This document shows positions 24,601 to 36,929 of a stretch of 64,000 nt of DNA, piece by piece. The notes below the pieces were generated by a model, which saw only the letters and a list, made by a program, of their open reading frames with translations, did not search any database and was not told where the DNA came from. Source of the DNA: Mobula hypostoma (Eukaryota); assembly GCF_963921235.1 (NCBI RefSeq), contig NC_086108.1, positions 115,384,001-115,448,000 of the forward strand. The letters run 5' to 3'. Both the position numbers and the translations under genes were made by a program. Numbering within the stretch: the stretch's first letter is position 1; each line of letters begins with the position of its first letter.

Positions 24601-27095
24601 CTTGTGACCTCACTACTCTATTCTCTCTACACTAATGACATTGTGGCTAGGCACAGCTCAAATGCCATCTGTAAATGTGCTGATGATACATCCATTGTTG
24701 GCAGAATTTCAGATGGTGACGAAAGGGCGTGCAGGAGCTAGATATAGTGTCTATAAAATGTATTCACCCCCTTGTAAGTTTTCATGTTTTATTACTTTAC
24801 AGCATTGAATCACAGTGGATTTAATTTGGCTTTTTTGACACTGATCTACAGAAAAGGACTTTTTTGTATCAAAGAGGAAACAGATCTCTACAAAGTGATC
24901 TAAATTAATTACAAAAATAAAATACAAAATAATTGATTGCATAAGTATTCACCCCCTTTTATATGACATACCAAATCATCACTGGTGCAGCCAATTGAAT
25001 TTAGAATTCACATAATTAGCTAAATGGAGATCTGCTTTTAGAGACCTGTGTTCAGTCAAGGTGTTTCAATTGATTGTAGTAAAAATACACCTGTATCTGG
25101 AAGGTCCAATTCCTGGTGAGTCAGTATCCTGGCTAAAACTACACCATGAAGACAAGAGAACACTCCAAGTGACTCCACGAGAAGGTTATTGAAAAGGACA
25201 AGTCAGGGGATGGATACAAGAGAATTTCCAAGTCACTGGATATTCCTTGGAGTACAGCTAAGTCAATCATCAAGAAATGGAAAGAATATGGCACAGCTGT
25301 AAATCTGCCTGGAGCAGAACGTCCTCAAAAACTGAGTGACTGTGCAAGAAAGGGACTAGTGAGGGAGACCACCAAGAGACCTGTGACAACTCTGGAGGAG
25401 TTACAAGCTTCAGTGGCTGAGATGGGAGAGACTGCACATACAACAACTGTTCCCAGGTGTCTCACCAGTTGCAGCTTTATGGGAGAGTGGCAAAGAGAAA
25501 GCCACTGTCGAAAATAATTCACATGAAATCTCAGCTAGAATTTGCCAGAAGTCATGTGGGATACTCTGGAGTCAGCTGGAAGCAGATTCTATGAACTGAT
25601 GAAACGAAAATTGAGTTTTTTTGGCCATCAGACTAAACCAAACACCACACATCAAAAGCACACCATCCTACCGTGAAGCATGGTGGTGGCTGAATCATGC
25701 TGTGGGGATGCTTCACTGCAGCAGGCCCAGGAAGGCTTGTGAAGGTAGAGGGTAAAATGAATGCTGCAAAATACAGGGAAATCCTGGAGGAAAATGTAAT
25801 GCAGTCTGTAAGGGAACTGCGACGTGGGAGAAGATTGGTTTTCCAGCAAGATGATGACCCCAAGCATAAAGCCAAAGCTACACAGGAATGGCTTAAAAAC
25901 AACAAAGTTAATGTCCTGGAGTGGCCAAGTCAGAGTCCAGACCTCAATCCAATTGAGAATTTGTGACTGGTTTTGAAAAGGGCTGTTCACTGATGATCCC
26001 CATGCAATTTGATAGAGCTTGAGCAGTTTTGTAAGGAAGAATGGGGAAAAATTGCAGTGCCCAGATGTACAAAGCTGATAGAGACCTATCCACACAGACT
26101 CAAGGCTGTAATTGCTGCCAAAGGTACATCTACTAAATACTAACTTAAAGGGAGTGAATACTTATCAATTATTTTGTGTTTTATATTTGTAATTAATTTA
26201 GATTACTTTGTAGAGATCTGTTTTCACTTTGACACAAAAGAGTCAAATTTAATCCACTGTCATTCAATGTTGTAAAACAATAAAACACGGAAACTTCCAA
26301 GGGGTACGAATACTTTTTATAGGCACGGTATATCAGCTAGTGGAGTGGTGCTGCAGCAACAACCTGGCACTCAATGTCAGCAAGACCAAAGAGCTGATTG
26401 TGGACTTCAGGAAGGGTAAGAGAAGGGAACACACTCCAGTCCTCATAGAGGGTGAACAATCTGAAGTTGCTGGGTGTCAATATCTCTGAGGATCTAACCT
26501 GGACCCAACGTATCCATGCAACTACAAAGAAGGCACAACAGCTATATTTCATTTGCAGTTTGAGGAGATTTGGTATGTCACCAAAACACTTACCAATTTC
26601 TACAGATGTACCATGGAGAGCACTCTAACTGAGGGTGGGGGTGTTGTGCACTGCCCACTATCGAAGTAAGCTGTAGAGGGTTAGAGGGCTGTAAACTTTG
26701 TCAGCTCCATCATGAGCACTGATCTCCGTAGTGTCCAGCTCATCTTGAAGGAGCAATGCCACAAAAGGGTGGCGTCCATCATATAGGACCCCATCACCCA
26801 GGTCATGCCTTGTTCTTACTGATACATCAGGAAGGAGGTACAGAAGCCTGCAGGCACACTTAACGACTCAGGAAGAGCTTCATCTCCTCTGCCATCTGAT
26901 TTCTGAACGGATATTGATCCTATGAAAACTACGTCACTACATTTTATTTCTGGTTTTGCACTATGTATTTAATTTAACTATTTAATGTATATATATACTT
27001 ACTGTAATTCACAGGTTTTTATCATTGGACTGCTGCCACAAAGACAACAATTTTCACGACGTATGCTGGTGATATTAAACCTGATTCCGATTCTG
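24600..27095 (+). mobile_element. Rex1/Babar-like LINE 3' part split by Tc1
   Basis: KCADDT..GRISDGDE is continued after 26330; (CTGATT)n tail. Confidence 0.8.
24745..26328 (+). mobile_element. Full-length Tc1 DNA transposon with inactivated transposase (about 25146-26143)
   Basis: TA on both sides; long TIRs; [15 protein letters not shown] and [14 protein letters not shown] motifs; stops present. Confidence 0.93.
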
Positions 27096-27799
27096 ATTCT
27101 CACGCTTGGGTCTCCTCAAACCCAATCTCAGAAGGAGCAGGCAGGACAAATGGGTGAGACAAACTGAGGCCTCCTCAGGCAAGGAGGTTTGATGTTTCAC
27201 ACCTGGACAAGCAGCCCTGGTGAGGGACTACAGTCTGACCAAAAGTGGATACTCGTCCTACGTCCCTCTTGTCTCTCTCGAGGATGAGATCCAGTCCAAA
27301 GCTGCCCCCCGCCCCTCATACAGTCTGGGCCTTCCATGTGAGCAACTCCGCCCTCCGATCCCTACTAGCCCCGGCTGTGGGACGGAATCCACAAGGTGCG
27401 GTGGGACTGAATTGAAACAGATCTGCCCGGAATCTCTGAAGCAACGGGTGTGGGAGGGCACTGGGGAACGTTGGACTAATCCCCACACAGGATCTGGAGA
27501 AAATGTGGGCACTCGGCAAATTCTAGAGGCGTCAGGGGCGGGAGGACGAAAGGGAAGTGACTGGAGACTGAAGTGGAAGCAATCGGAGCTGATGAAAATT
27601 TAAACAGGCTGCATCAGGCCGGGGTATAAATAATGAAGCGACTGTGTGCGGAGAAATGCTCGTGTGTTTGACCTTCAGAGCTGCTCCGCACCGCCCGAGC
27701 CTTTCTCTGAAGCTCTCATTAACCCAGACTACGGGATTACTCGGGATACACGGATTCAGCACCGAAACAGGTCATTCGGCCCATCTACACCTGCCCATG

Positions 27800-27905
27800 A
27801 GAAACAAAAACGCTGCAGATGTTGGAAATCTGCAGCAAAAACAGGAAACACTGGAAACACTCAGCAGGTCAGGCAGCATGTGTGGAGAAACAGAGACAGA
27901 CAGAC

Positions 27906-27937
<32 letters not shown>

Positions 27938-28092
27938 TGACAAAGAGAGAGAGAGAGTGAGAGAGAGAGAGAGAGAGTCAGAGGGAGAGAGTCAGAGAGA
28001 GAGAGAGTCAGAGGGAGAGAGAGAGTCAGAGAGAGACAGAGAGTCAGAGGGAGAGAGTGTGGAGGTTAACATTTCAGGCGTGAGACCCTTGA
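27800..28092 (-). mobile_element. Old PLE-type tail with an expanded (GA)n/(GAGTCA) microsatellite
   Basis: ctgcagatgttggaaatc..tcagcaggtcaggcagcat..[GA]n..aacatttcaggcgtgagaccctt. Confidence 0.65.
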
Positions 28093-28459
28093 TTCCTACA
28101 TCCTTCCCCAACCAAGTCTCTCAGTTTCGAATCCAATCCTCCCCCCTCATGTGCAGATTGTCATTGAAGTTACTGTCTGTGGAATGTCTGGGGTGGGTGG
28201 CATCTCTGATGATTCTGGCTGCTTTACTGAGGCTATGAGAAGTGTAGCTAGAGTCCATGGAGGGGTAGCTGGTTTCTGTGATGTGCAGTTTGTTGTGGAC
28301 ACAGGCAGAGCAGTTGCTGTACCAAGCTGTGATGCTTCCAGGTAGGATGAGTCCAATTAAAATGAGTAAGGGTTGGTGGGGATATGCAAAATCCCTTTAG
28401 CCTTCTGAGGATGTGGAGGTGTCAGTGAGCTTTCTTCGATGTGACATCAATGTGTTTGG

Positions 28460-30064
28460 ACCAGGACAGCTGATGTTCACTCCAGGTCAGGTGACGTTCA
28501 CACCAGGACAGGTGACGTTCACACCAGGACAGATGATGTTCACACCAGGACAGGTGACGTTCACTCCAGGACAGGTGACATTCACTACGGGACGGGTGAT
28601 TCTCACTCCAGGACAGGTGACGTTCAGTCCAGGACAGGTGATGTTCACTCCAGGACAGGTGACGTTCACTCCAGGACAGGTGACGTTCACACCAGGACAG
28701 GTGACGTTCACTCCAGGACAGCTGATGTTCACACCAGGACAGGTGACGTTCACTCCAGGACAGCTGATGTTCACACCAGGACAGGTGACGTTCACTCCAG
28801 GACAGCTGATGTTCACACCAGGACAGGTGACGTTCACTCCAGGACAGCTGATGTTCACACCAGGACAGGTGACGTTCACTCCAGGACAGCTGATGTTCAC
28901 ACCAGGACAGATGATGTTCACTCCAGGTCAGGTGACGTTCACTTCAGGACAGGTGACGTTCACACCAGGACAGATGATATTCACTCCCGGACAGGTGATG
29001 TTCACTCCAGGACAGGTGACATTCACTACGGGACGGGTGATTCTCACTCCAGGACAGGTGACGTTCAGTCCAGGACAGGTGATGTTCACTCCAAGACAGG
29101 TGATGTTCACTCCAGGACAGGTGACGTTCACTCCAGGACAGGTGATGTTCACACCAGGACAGATGATATTCACTCCCGGACAGGTGATGTTCACTCCAGG
29201 ACAGGTGATGTTCACTCCAGGACAGGTGACGTTCACTCCAGGACAGGTGATGTTCACTCCAGGACAGGTGACATTCACTACGGGACGGGTGATGCTCACT
29301 CCAGGACAGGTGACGTTCAGTCCAGGACAGGTGATGTTCACTCCAGGACAGGTGATGTTCACACCAGGACAGATGATATTCACTCCCGGACAGGTGATGT
29401 TCACTCCAGGACAGGTGACGTTCACTCCAGGACAGGTGATGTTCACTCCAGGACAGGTGACATTCACTACGGGACGGGTGATGCTCACTCCAGGACAGGT
29501 GACGTTCAGTCCAGGACAGGTGATGTTCACTCCAAGACAGGTGATGTTCACTCCAGGACAGGTGACGTTCACTCCAGGACAGGTGATGTTCACACCAGGA
29601 CAGATGATATTCACTCCCGGACAGGTGATGTTCACTCCAGGACAGGTGATGTTCACTCCAGGACAGGTGACGTTCACTCCAGGACAGGTGATGTTCACAC
29701 CAGGACAGATGATATTCACTCCTGGACAGGTGATGTTCACTCCAGGACAGGTGACATTCACTACGGGACGGGTGATGCTCACTCCAGGACAGGTGACGTT
29801 CAGTCCAGGACAGGTGATGTTCACTCCAGGACAGGTGATGTTCACACCAGGACAGATGATATTCACTCCCGGACAGGTGATGTTCACTCCAGGACAGGTG
29901 ACGTTCACTCCAGGACAGGTGATGTTCACTCCAGGACAGGTGACATTCACTACGGGACGGGTGATGCTCACTCCAGGACAGGTGACGTTCAGTCCAGGAC
30001 AGGTGATGTTCACTCCAAGACAGGTGATGTTCACTCCCGGACAGGTGACGTTCACTACCAGACA
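28460..30064. repeat. 21-bp minisatellite (CCAGGACAGGTGAYGTTCACT), left block
   Basis: Direct periodicity, about 76 units. Confidence 0.97.
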
Positions 30065-32373
30065 ACACACATAAAAGTTGCTGGTGAACGCAGCAGGCCA
30101 GGCAGCATCTCTAGGAAGAGGTACAGTCAACATTTCAGGCCGAGACCCTTCGCCAGGACTAACTGAAGGAAGAGTGAGTAAGGGATTTGAAAGTTGGAGG
30201 GGGAGGGGGAGATCCAAAATGATAGGAGAATACAGGAGGGGGAGGGATGGAGCCAAGAGCTGGACAGGTGATAGGCAAAAGGGATACGAGAGGATCGTGG
30301 GACAGGAGGTCTGGGAAGAAAGACAAGGGGGGAGACCCAGAGGATGGGCAAGGGGTATATTCAGAGGGACAGAGGGAGAAAAAGGAGAGTGAGAGAAAGA
30401 ATGTGTGTATAAAAATAAGTAACAGATGGGGTATGAGGGGGAGGTGGGGCATTAGCGGAAGTTAGAGAAGTCAATGTTCATGCCATCAGGTTGGAGGCTA
30501 CCCAGACGGAATATAAGGTGTTGTTCCTCCAACCTGAGTGTGGCTTCATCCTTACAGTAGAGGAGGCCGTGGATAGACATGTCAGAATGGGAATGGGATG
30601 TGGAATTAAAATGTGTGGCCACTGGGAGATCCTGCTTTCTCTGGCGGACAGAGCGTAGATGTTCAGCAAAGCGGTTTCCCAATCTGCGTCGGGTCTCGCC
30701 AATAAATAAAAGGCCACATCGGGAGCACCGGATGCAGTATATCACCCCAGCCGACTCACAGGTGAAGTGTTGCCTCACCTGGAAGGACTGTTTGGGGCCC
30801 TGAATGGTGGTAAGGGAGGAAGTGTAAGGGCATGTGTAGCACTTGTTCCGCTTACACGGATAAGTGCCAGGAGGGAGATCAGTGGGGAGGGATGGGGGGG
30901 ACGAATGGACAAGGGAGTTGCGTAGGGAGCGAACCCTGCGGAATGCAGGGGGGGGGGAGGGAAAGATGTGCTTAGTGGGGGGATCCCGTTGGAGGTGGTG
31001 GAAGTTACGGAGAATAATATGTTGGACGCGGAGGCTGGTGGGGTGGTAGGTGAGGACCAGGGGAACCCTATTCCTAGTGGGGTGGCAGGAGGATGGAATG
31101 AGAGCAGATGTACGTGAAATGGGGGAGATGCGTTTAAGAGCAGAGTTGATAGTGGAGGAAGGGAAGCCCCTTTCTTTAAAAAAGGAAGACATCTCCCTCG
31201 TCCTAGAATGAAAAGCCTCATCCTGAGAGCAGATGTGGTGGAGACGGAGGAATTGCGAGAAGGGGATGGCGTTTTTGCAAGAGACAGGGTGAGAAGAGGA
31301 ATAGTCCAGATAGCTGTGAGAGTCAGTAGGCTTATAGTAGACATCAGTGGATAAGCTGTCTCCAGAGACAGAGACAGAAAGATCTGGAAAGGGGAGGGAG
31401 GTGTCGGAAATGGACCAGGTAAACTTGAGGGCAGGGTGAAAGTTGGAGGCAAAGTTAATAAAGTCAACGAGCTCTGCATGCGTGCAGGAAGCAGCGTCAA
31501 TGCAGTCGTCGATGTAGCGAAGGAAAAGTGGGGGACAGATACCAGAATAGGCACGGAACATAGATTGTTCCACAAAGCCAACAAAAAGGCAGGCATAGCT
31601 AGGACCCATACGGGTGCCCATAACTACACCTTTAGTTTGGAGGAAGTGGGAGGAGCCAAAGGAGAAATTATTAAGAGTAAGGACTAATTCCGCTAGACGG
31701 AGCAGAGTGGTGGTAGAAGGGAACTGATTAGGTCTGGAATCCAAAAAGAGGCGTAGAGCTTTGAGACCTTCCTGATGGGGGATGGAAGTATATAGGGACT
31801 GGACATCCATGGTGAAAATAAAGCGGTGGGGGCCAGGGAACTTAAAATCATCGAAAAGTTTAAGAGCGTGAGAAGTGTCACGAACATAGGTCGGAAGGGA
31901 TTGAACAAGGGGGGATAAAACCGTGTCGAGGTATGCAGAAATGAGTTCGGTGGGGCAGGAGCAAGCTGAGACAATAGGTCTGCCAGGTCAGGCAGGTTTG
32001 TGGATCTTGGGTAGGAGGTAGAAACGGGAAGTGCGAGGTGTGCGAACTATAAGGTTGGTAGCAGTGGATGGGAGATCCCCTGAGCGGATAAAGTTGGTGA
32101 TGGTGTGGAAGACAATGGCCTGGTGCTGCTTAGTGGGGTCACGATCGAGGGGTAAATAAGAGGAGGTATCCGCGAGTTGTCGCTGTGCCTCGGCAAGGTA
32201 GAGGTCAGTACGCCAGACTACAACAGCACCCCCCTTATCGGCGGGTTTAATAATAAGGTTAGGATTAGTGCAGAGGAAGTGGAGAGCAGAGCGTTCCGAA
32301 GCAGTGAGGTTGGAATGGGGACAAGGTGCGGTGAAGTCGAGACAGTTGATGTCCCGTCAGCAGTTAGCGATAA
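30065..32373 (-). mobile_element. PLE (Neptune type), long arm with RT and GIY-YIG
   Basis: IKPADKGGAVV, LPKIHK, RPIVS, MDVQSLYT, RYIDD, GVIY..FIGET; one in-frame TGA at 31988-31990. Confidence 0.95.
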
Positions 32374-32400
32374 GGTGAAGTCGAGACGGTTAAACCCACT

Positions 32401-34065
32401 GAATTAGTCCTTACTCTTAATAATTTCTCCTTTGGCTCCTCCCACTTCCTCCAACCTAAAGGTGTAGCTATGGGCACCCGTATGGGTCCTAGCTATGCCT
32501 GCCTTTTTGTTGGCTTTGTGGAACAATCTATGTTCCGTGCCTATTTTGGCATCTGTCCCCCACTTTTCCTTCGCTACATCGACGACTGCATTGGCGCTGC
32601 TTCCTGCACGCATGCAGAGTTCATTGACTTTATTAACTTTGCCTCCAACTTTCACCCTGCCCTCAAGTTTACCTGGTCCATTTCCGACACCTCCCTCCCC
32701 TTTCTAGATCTTTCTGTCTCTGTCTCTGGAGACAGCTTATCCACTGATGTCTACTATAAGCCTACTGACTCTCACAGCTATCTGGACTATTCCTCTTCTC
32801 ACCCTGTCTCTTGCAAAAACGCCATCCCCTTCTCGCAATTCCTCCGTCTCCGCTGCATCTGCTCTCAGGATGTGGCTTTTCATTCTAGGACGAGGGAGAT
32901 GTCTTCCTTTTTTAAAGAAAGGGGCTTCCCTTCCTCCACTATCAACTCTGCTCTTAAACGCATCTCCCCCATTTCACGTACATCAGCTCTCACTCCATCC
33001 TCCCACCACCCCACTAGGAATAGGGTTCCCCTTGTCCTCACCTACCACCCCACCAGCCTCCGGGTCCAACATATTATTCTCCGTAACTTCCACCACCTCC
33101 AATGGGATCCCCCCACTAAGCACATCTTTCCCTCCCCCCTCTCTCTGCATTCTGCAGGGATCGCTCCCTACGCAACTCTCTTGTCCATTCGTCCCCCCCA
33201 TCCCTCCCCACTGATCTCCCACCTGGCACTTATCCGTGTAAGCGGAACAAGTGCTACACATGCCCTTACGCTTCCTCCCTTGCCACCATTCAGGGCCCCA
33301 AACAGTCCTTCCAGGTGAGGCAACACTTCACCTGTGAGTCGGTTGGGGTAATATACTGCGTCCGGTGCTCCTGATGTGGCCTTTTATATATTGGCGAGAC
33401 CCGACGCAGACTGGGAGACCGCTTTGCTGAACATCTACGCTCTGTCCGCCAGAGAAAGCAGGATCTCCCAGTGGCCACACATTTTAATTCCACATCCCAT
33501 TCCCATTCCGACATGTCTATCCACGGCCTCCTCTACTGTAAAGATAAAGCCACATTCACGTTGGAGGAACAACACCTTATATTCCGTCTGGGTAGCCTCC
33601 AACCTGATGGCATGAACATCGACTTCTCTAACTTCCGCTAATGCCCCACCTCCCCCTCGTACCGCATCTGTTACTTATTTTTATACACACATTCTTTCTG
33701 TCACTCTCCTTTTTCTCCCTCTGTCCCTCTGAATATACCCCTTGCCAATCCTCTGGGACCCCCTCGCCCTTGTCTTTCTTCCCGGACCTCCTGTTCCACG
33801 ATCCTCTCGTATCCCTTTTGCCTATCACCTGTCCAGCTCTTGGCTCTATCCCTCCCCCTCCTGTCTTCTCCTATCATTTTGGATCTCCCCCTCCCCCTCC
33901 AACTTTCAAATCCCTTACTCACTCTTCCTTCAGTTAGTCCTGACGAAGGGTCTCGGCCTGAAACGTTGACTGCACCTCTTCCTAGAGATGTTGCCTGGCC
34001 TGCTGCGTTCACCAGCAACTTTTATGTGTGTTGCTTGAATTTCCAGCATCTGCAGAATTCCTGTT
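32401..34065 (+). mobile_element. PLE short arm, inverted relative to the long arm
   Basis: ORF 32470-33318 (frameshifted); reverse complement of 30065-31690. Confidence 0.95.
33936..33971 (+). ncRNA. Minimal hammerhead ribozyme (core intact, GUU site)
   Basis: AGTC-CTGACGA-AGGGTCTCGGCCT-GAAAC-GTT-GACT. Confidence 0.7.
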
Positions 34066-35205
34066 GTTCACTACCAGACAGATGACATTCACTCCCGGAC
34101 AGGTGACGTTCACTCCAGGACAGGCCACGTTCACTTCCGGACAGGTGACGTTCACTCCCAGATAGGTGATGTTCACTCCCGGACAGGTGACGTTCACTCC
34201 AGGACAGGTGATGTTCACTCCCAGACAGGTGACTTTCACTCCAGGACAGACAATGTTCACTCCAGGACAGACAACGTTCACTCCAGGACAGGTGACGTTC
34301 ACTCCCGGACAGGTGACGTTCAATCCCGGACAGGTGACGTTCACTCCAGGACAGGTGATGTTCACTCCCGGACAGGTGACTTTCACTCCAGGACAGGTGA
34401 CGTTCACTCCAGGATGGACAACGTTCACTCCAGGACAGGTGATGTTCACTCCAGGACAGGTGACGTTCACTACCAGACAGGTGACGTTCACTCTAGGACA
34501 GGTGACGTTCACTCCCGGACAGGTGACGTTCACTCCAGGACAGGTGATGTTCACTCCCGGACAGGTGATGTTCACTCCAGGACAGGTGATGTTCACTCCC
34601 GGACAGGTGACTTTCACTCCAGGACAGACAACGTTCACTCCCGGACAGGTGATGTTCACTCCGGGACAGGTGACGTTCACCCCCGGACAGGTGACTTTCA
34701 CTCCAGGACAGACAACGTTCACTCCAGGACAGGTGACGTTCACTCCCGGACAGGTGACGTTCAATCCCGGACAGGTGACGTTCACTCCAGGACAGGTGAT
34801 GTTCACTCCCGGACAGGTGACTTTCACTCCAGGACAGGTGACGTTCACTCCAGGATGGACAACGTTCACTCCAGGACAGGTGATGTTCACTCCAGGACAG
34901 GTGACGTTCACTACCAGACAGGTGACGTTCACTCTAGGACAGGTGACGTTCACTCCCGGACAGGTGACGTTCACTCCAGGACAGGTGATGTTCACTCCCG
35001 GACAGGTGATGTTCACTCCAGGACAGGTGACGTTCACTCCCGGACAGGTGACTTTCACTCCAGGACAGACAACGTTCACTCCCGGACAGGTGATGTTCAC
35101 TCCGGGACAGGTGACGTTCACCCCCGGACAGGTGACTTTCACTCCAGGACAGACAACGTTCACTCCGGGACAGGTGACGTTCACTCCCGGACAGGTGATG
35201 TTTGC
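34066..35205. repeat. 21-bp minisatellite, right block
   Basis: Direct periodicity, about 54 units. Confidence 0.97.
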
Positions 35206-36929
35206 TCCTAGAATCTTGAAGCACCCAACTGTCTCGACCTCGTGATGTAAACAGGAGCGTGTGCACTGCCCCCTCTTTCATGAAGACAATGATCAGCTCT
35301 TTTGTGTTGTTGACATTGAGGAAAGGTTGTTGTCATGACAACATGTCACTGGTTTTTCATTCCCTTTTCTGAACTCCAACTCAATGATATTTGAGATATG
35401 CCCCACTACAGTGGTCTCACCTGCAAGCTTGTAGATCAGGGTTCCCAACCTTTTTTTATGCCAAGGGGTCTGTGGAGCCATGTTGGGAACCCCTGGTGTA
35501 GATAGACTTAGAGCACAACTCGGCCACCCAGTTATGTGTGTACAGGGTGTCATGGTGTTTGCTCACAGAGCTCCAGCAGAGTGTGGAGGAAGGGCAGGCT
35601 TTCTCTGTCATGCAGGTCGCTGGCACTAACTCAACCCTGTGGACGGCAGGCTCACGGCTCCACCCAGGAGCGGAGGGAGGCAGGACCCCCAGGAAGAGAT
35701 GGAAACAAAAAATTCGACACAGGAATACTAACAGAGCCTTGGAGGAGTGACAGAGCGACACTGCGAGACAAATTATTCTCTCCAACACAATGACTCCGCT
35801 CAGGCACTGAACAAGAGTCCTCTTCAAATAATCACAGAATGCAGGAAACCCGTGCCAGTCACAATTCCTCAAAGGGCTTAACAACTCTTAGTACAACAAT
35901 AATTCTACATGCAGGTGGTTGAGAAACTGCAAAGCCCGAGGACCTGCTGCATCACAGCTCAGGAAGTAGAGTTAGGGACTGAGGACGCAGCCTTGTGGAG
36001 AAGCAGGGTTTAGAATAATCCTGCAGGAGATGTTCTTACCTATCCTGACTGTTTGTGGTGTATTAGTTGCAGACAGAGGTGTGGAGTCCCAGGTCTAGGA
36101 GCTTGCTTGGAATTATAGCATTGAATGTGGGGTTGTAGTCAATAAACAATAGTCTGATGTCAGTGACTTTACTGTCCAGATGTTCTAGAGATGAGTGTAG
36201 AGCCAGGGAGATGGCTTCTGGCATGGAGCAGTTTCGGTGGTGGGTGAGGCTGGAGATGATGCATGCCCTGACCAGCCTCTCAAAGCACTTGCTGATGTTC
36301 GATGTCAGAGCCACCAGACAGTGGTCCTTCAGGCACATTATTTTTGAAATATGCGGAGTATGAACACTTAGAATGAATAGCTGTGTGGCAACAAAGGCTA
36401 TGTGCACGGGAGCATTTCAGTTACTGCATGGCCGCGCACCGCACAGCTTGGAGTAATTACCAGGCGACACCATTCCGGCCAGACGCTCTCCGCAGGTTCA
36501 CTCACTGGAAAACCGATCTTGTGAACCTGGTGGGCAGTGTGGGTTCAGAAGCCTGGGTGGTGACATTCCAATCTCAGGCTATTCAGTGTGTTAGGTTCAT
36601 TGGGAAGGGGTGTGCTGTTGTTGGCTGTTTTGTTTTGTAACCCCTTATAGCATGTTAAGCTGTGCAACAACTGATGCCTGGTCTGGGTCTGGGTTCTGAA
36701 CTGATGTTGACTCTTGGAGTCATTAGTAGCTTTACAGAAATCCTGTCTAGATTTCTCGTAAAGGTCAGGATCGCCTGATTTCAACACCACAATCACAAAC
36801 TTCATTTAGGAATGGATTTCCTGGTTCATCTCCGGCTTCAGGCTTGGGAACACACGGATTCCTCTCTTTTGTAAACAGTTCTGAGCACACTTAAAATCGG
36901 TGACAGTGGTGACATACTCATTTCTTTAG

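Larger units (their letters stand above)
28140..35550 (-). mobile_element. Rex1/Babar-like LINE hosting the 21-bp minisatellite and the PLE pair
   Basis: LINE sequence at 28140-28460 and 35205-35550 is collinear across the array. Confidence 0.65.

Noticed and set aside
28460..35205. CRISPR-like array
   Set aside because: No unique spacers, no cas genes, vertebrate context
28413..35245. Long repetitive ORFs (FTPGQVT, GVNITCP, LSWSEHH)
   Set aside because: By-product of a stop-free 21-bp unit inside a dead LINE; open on both strands
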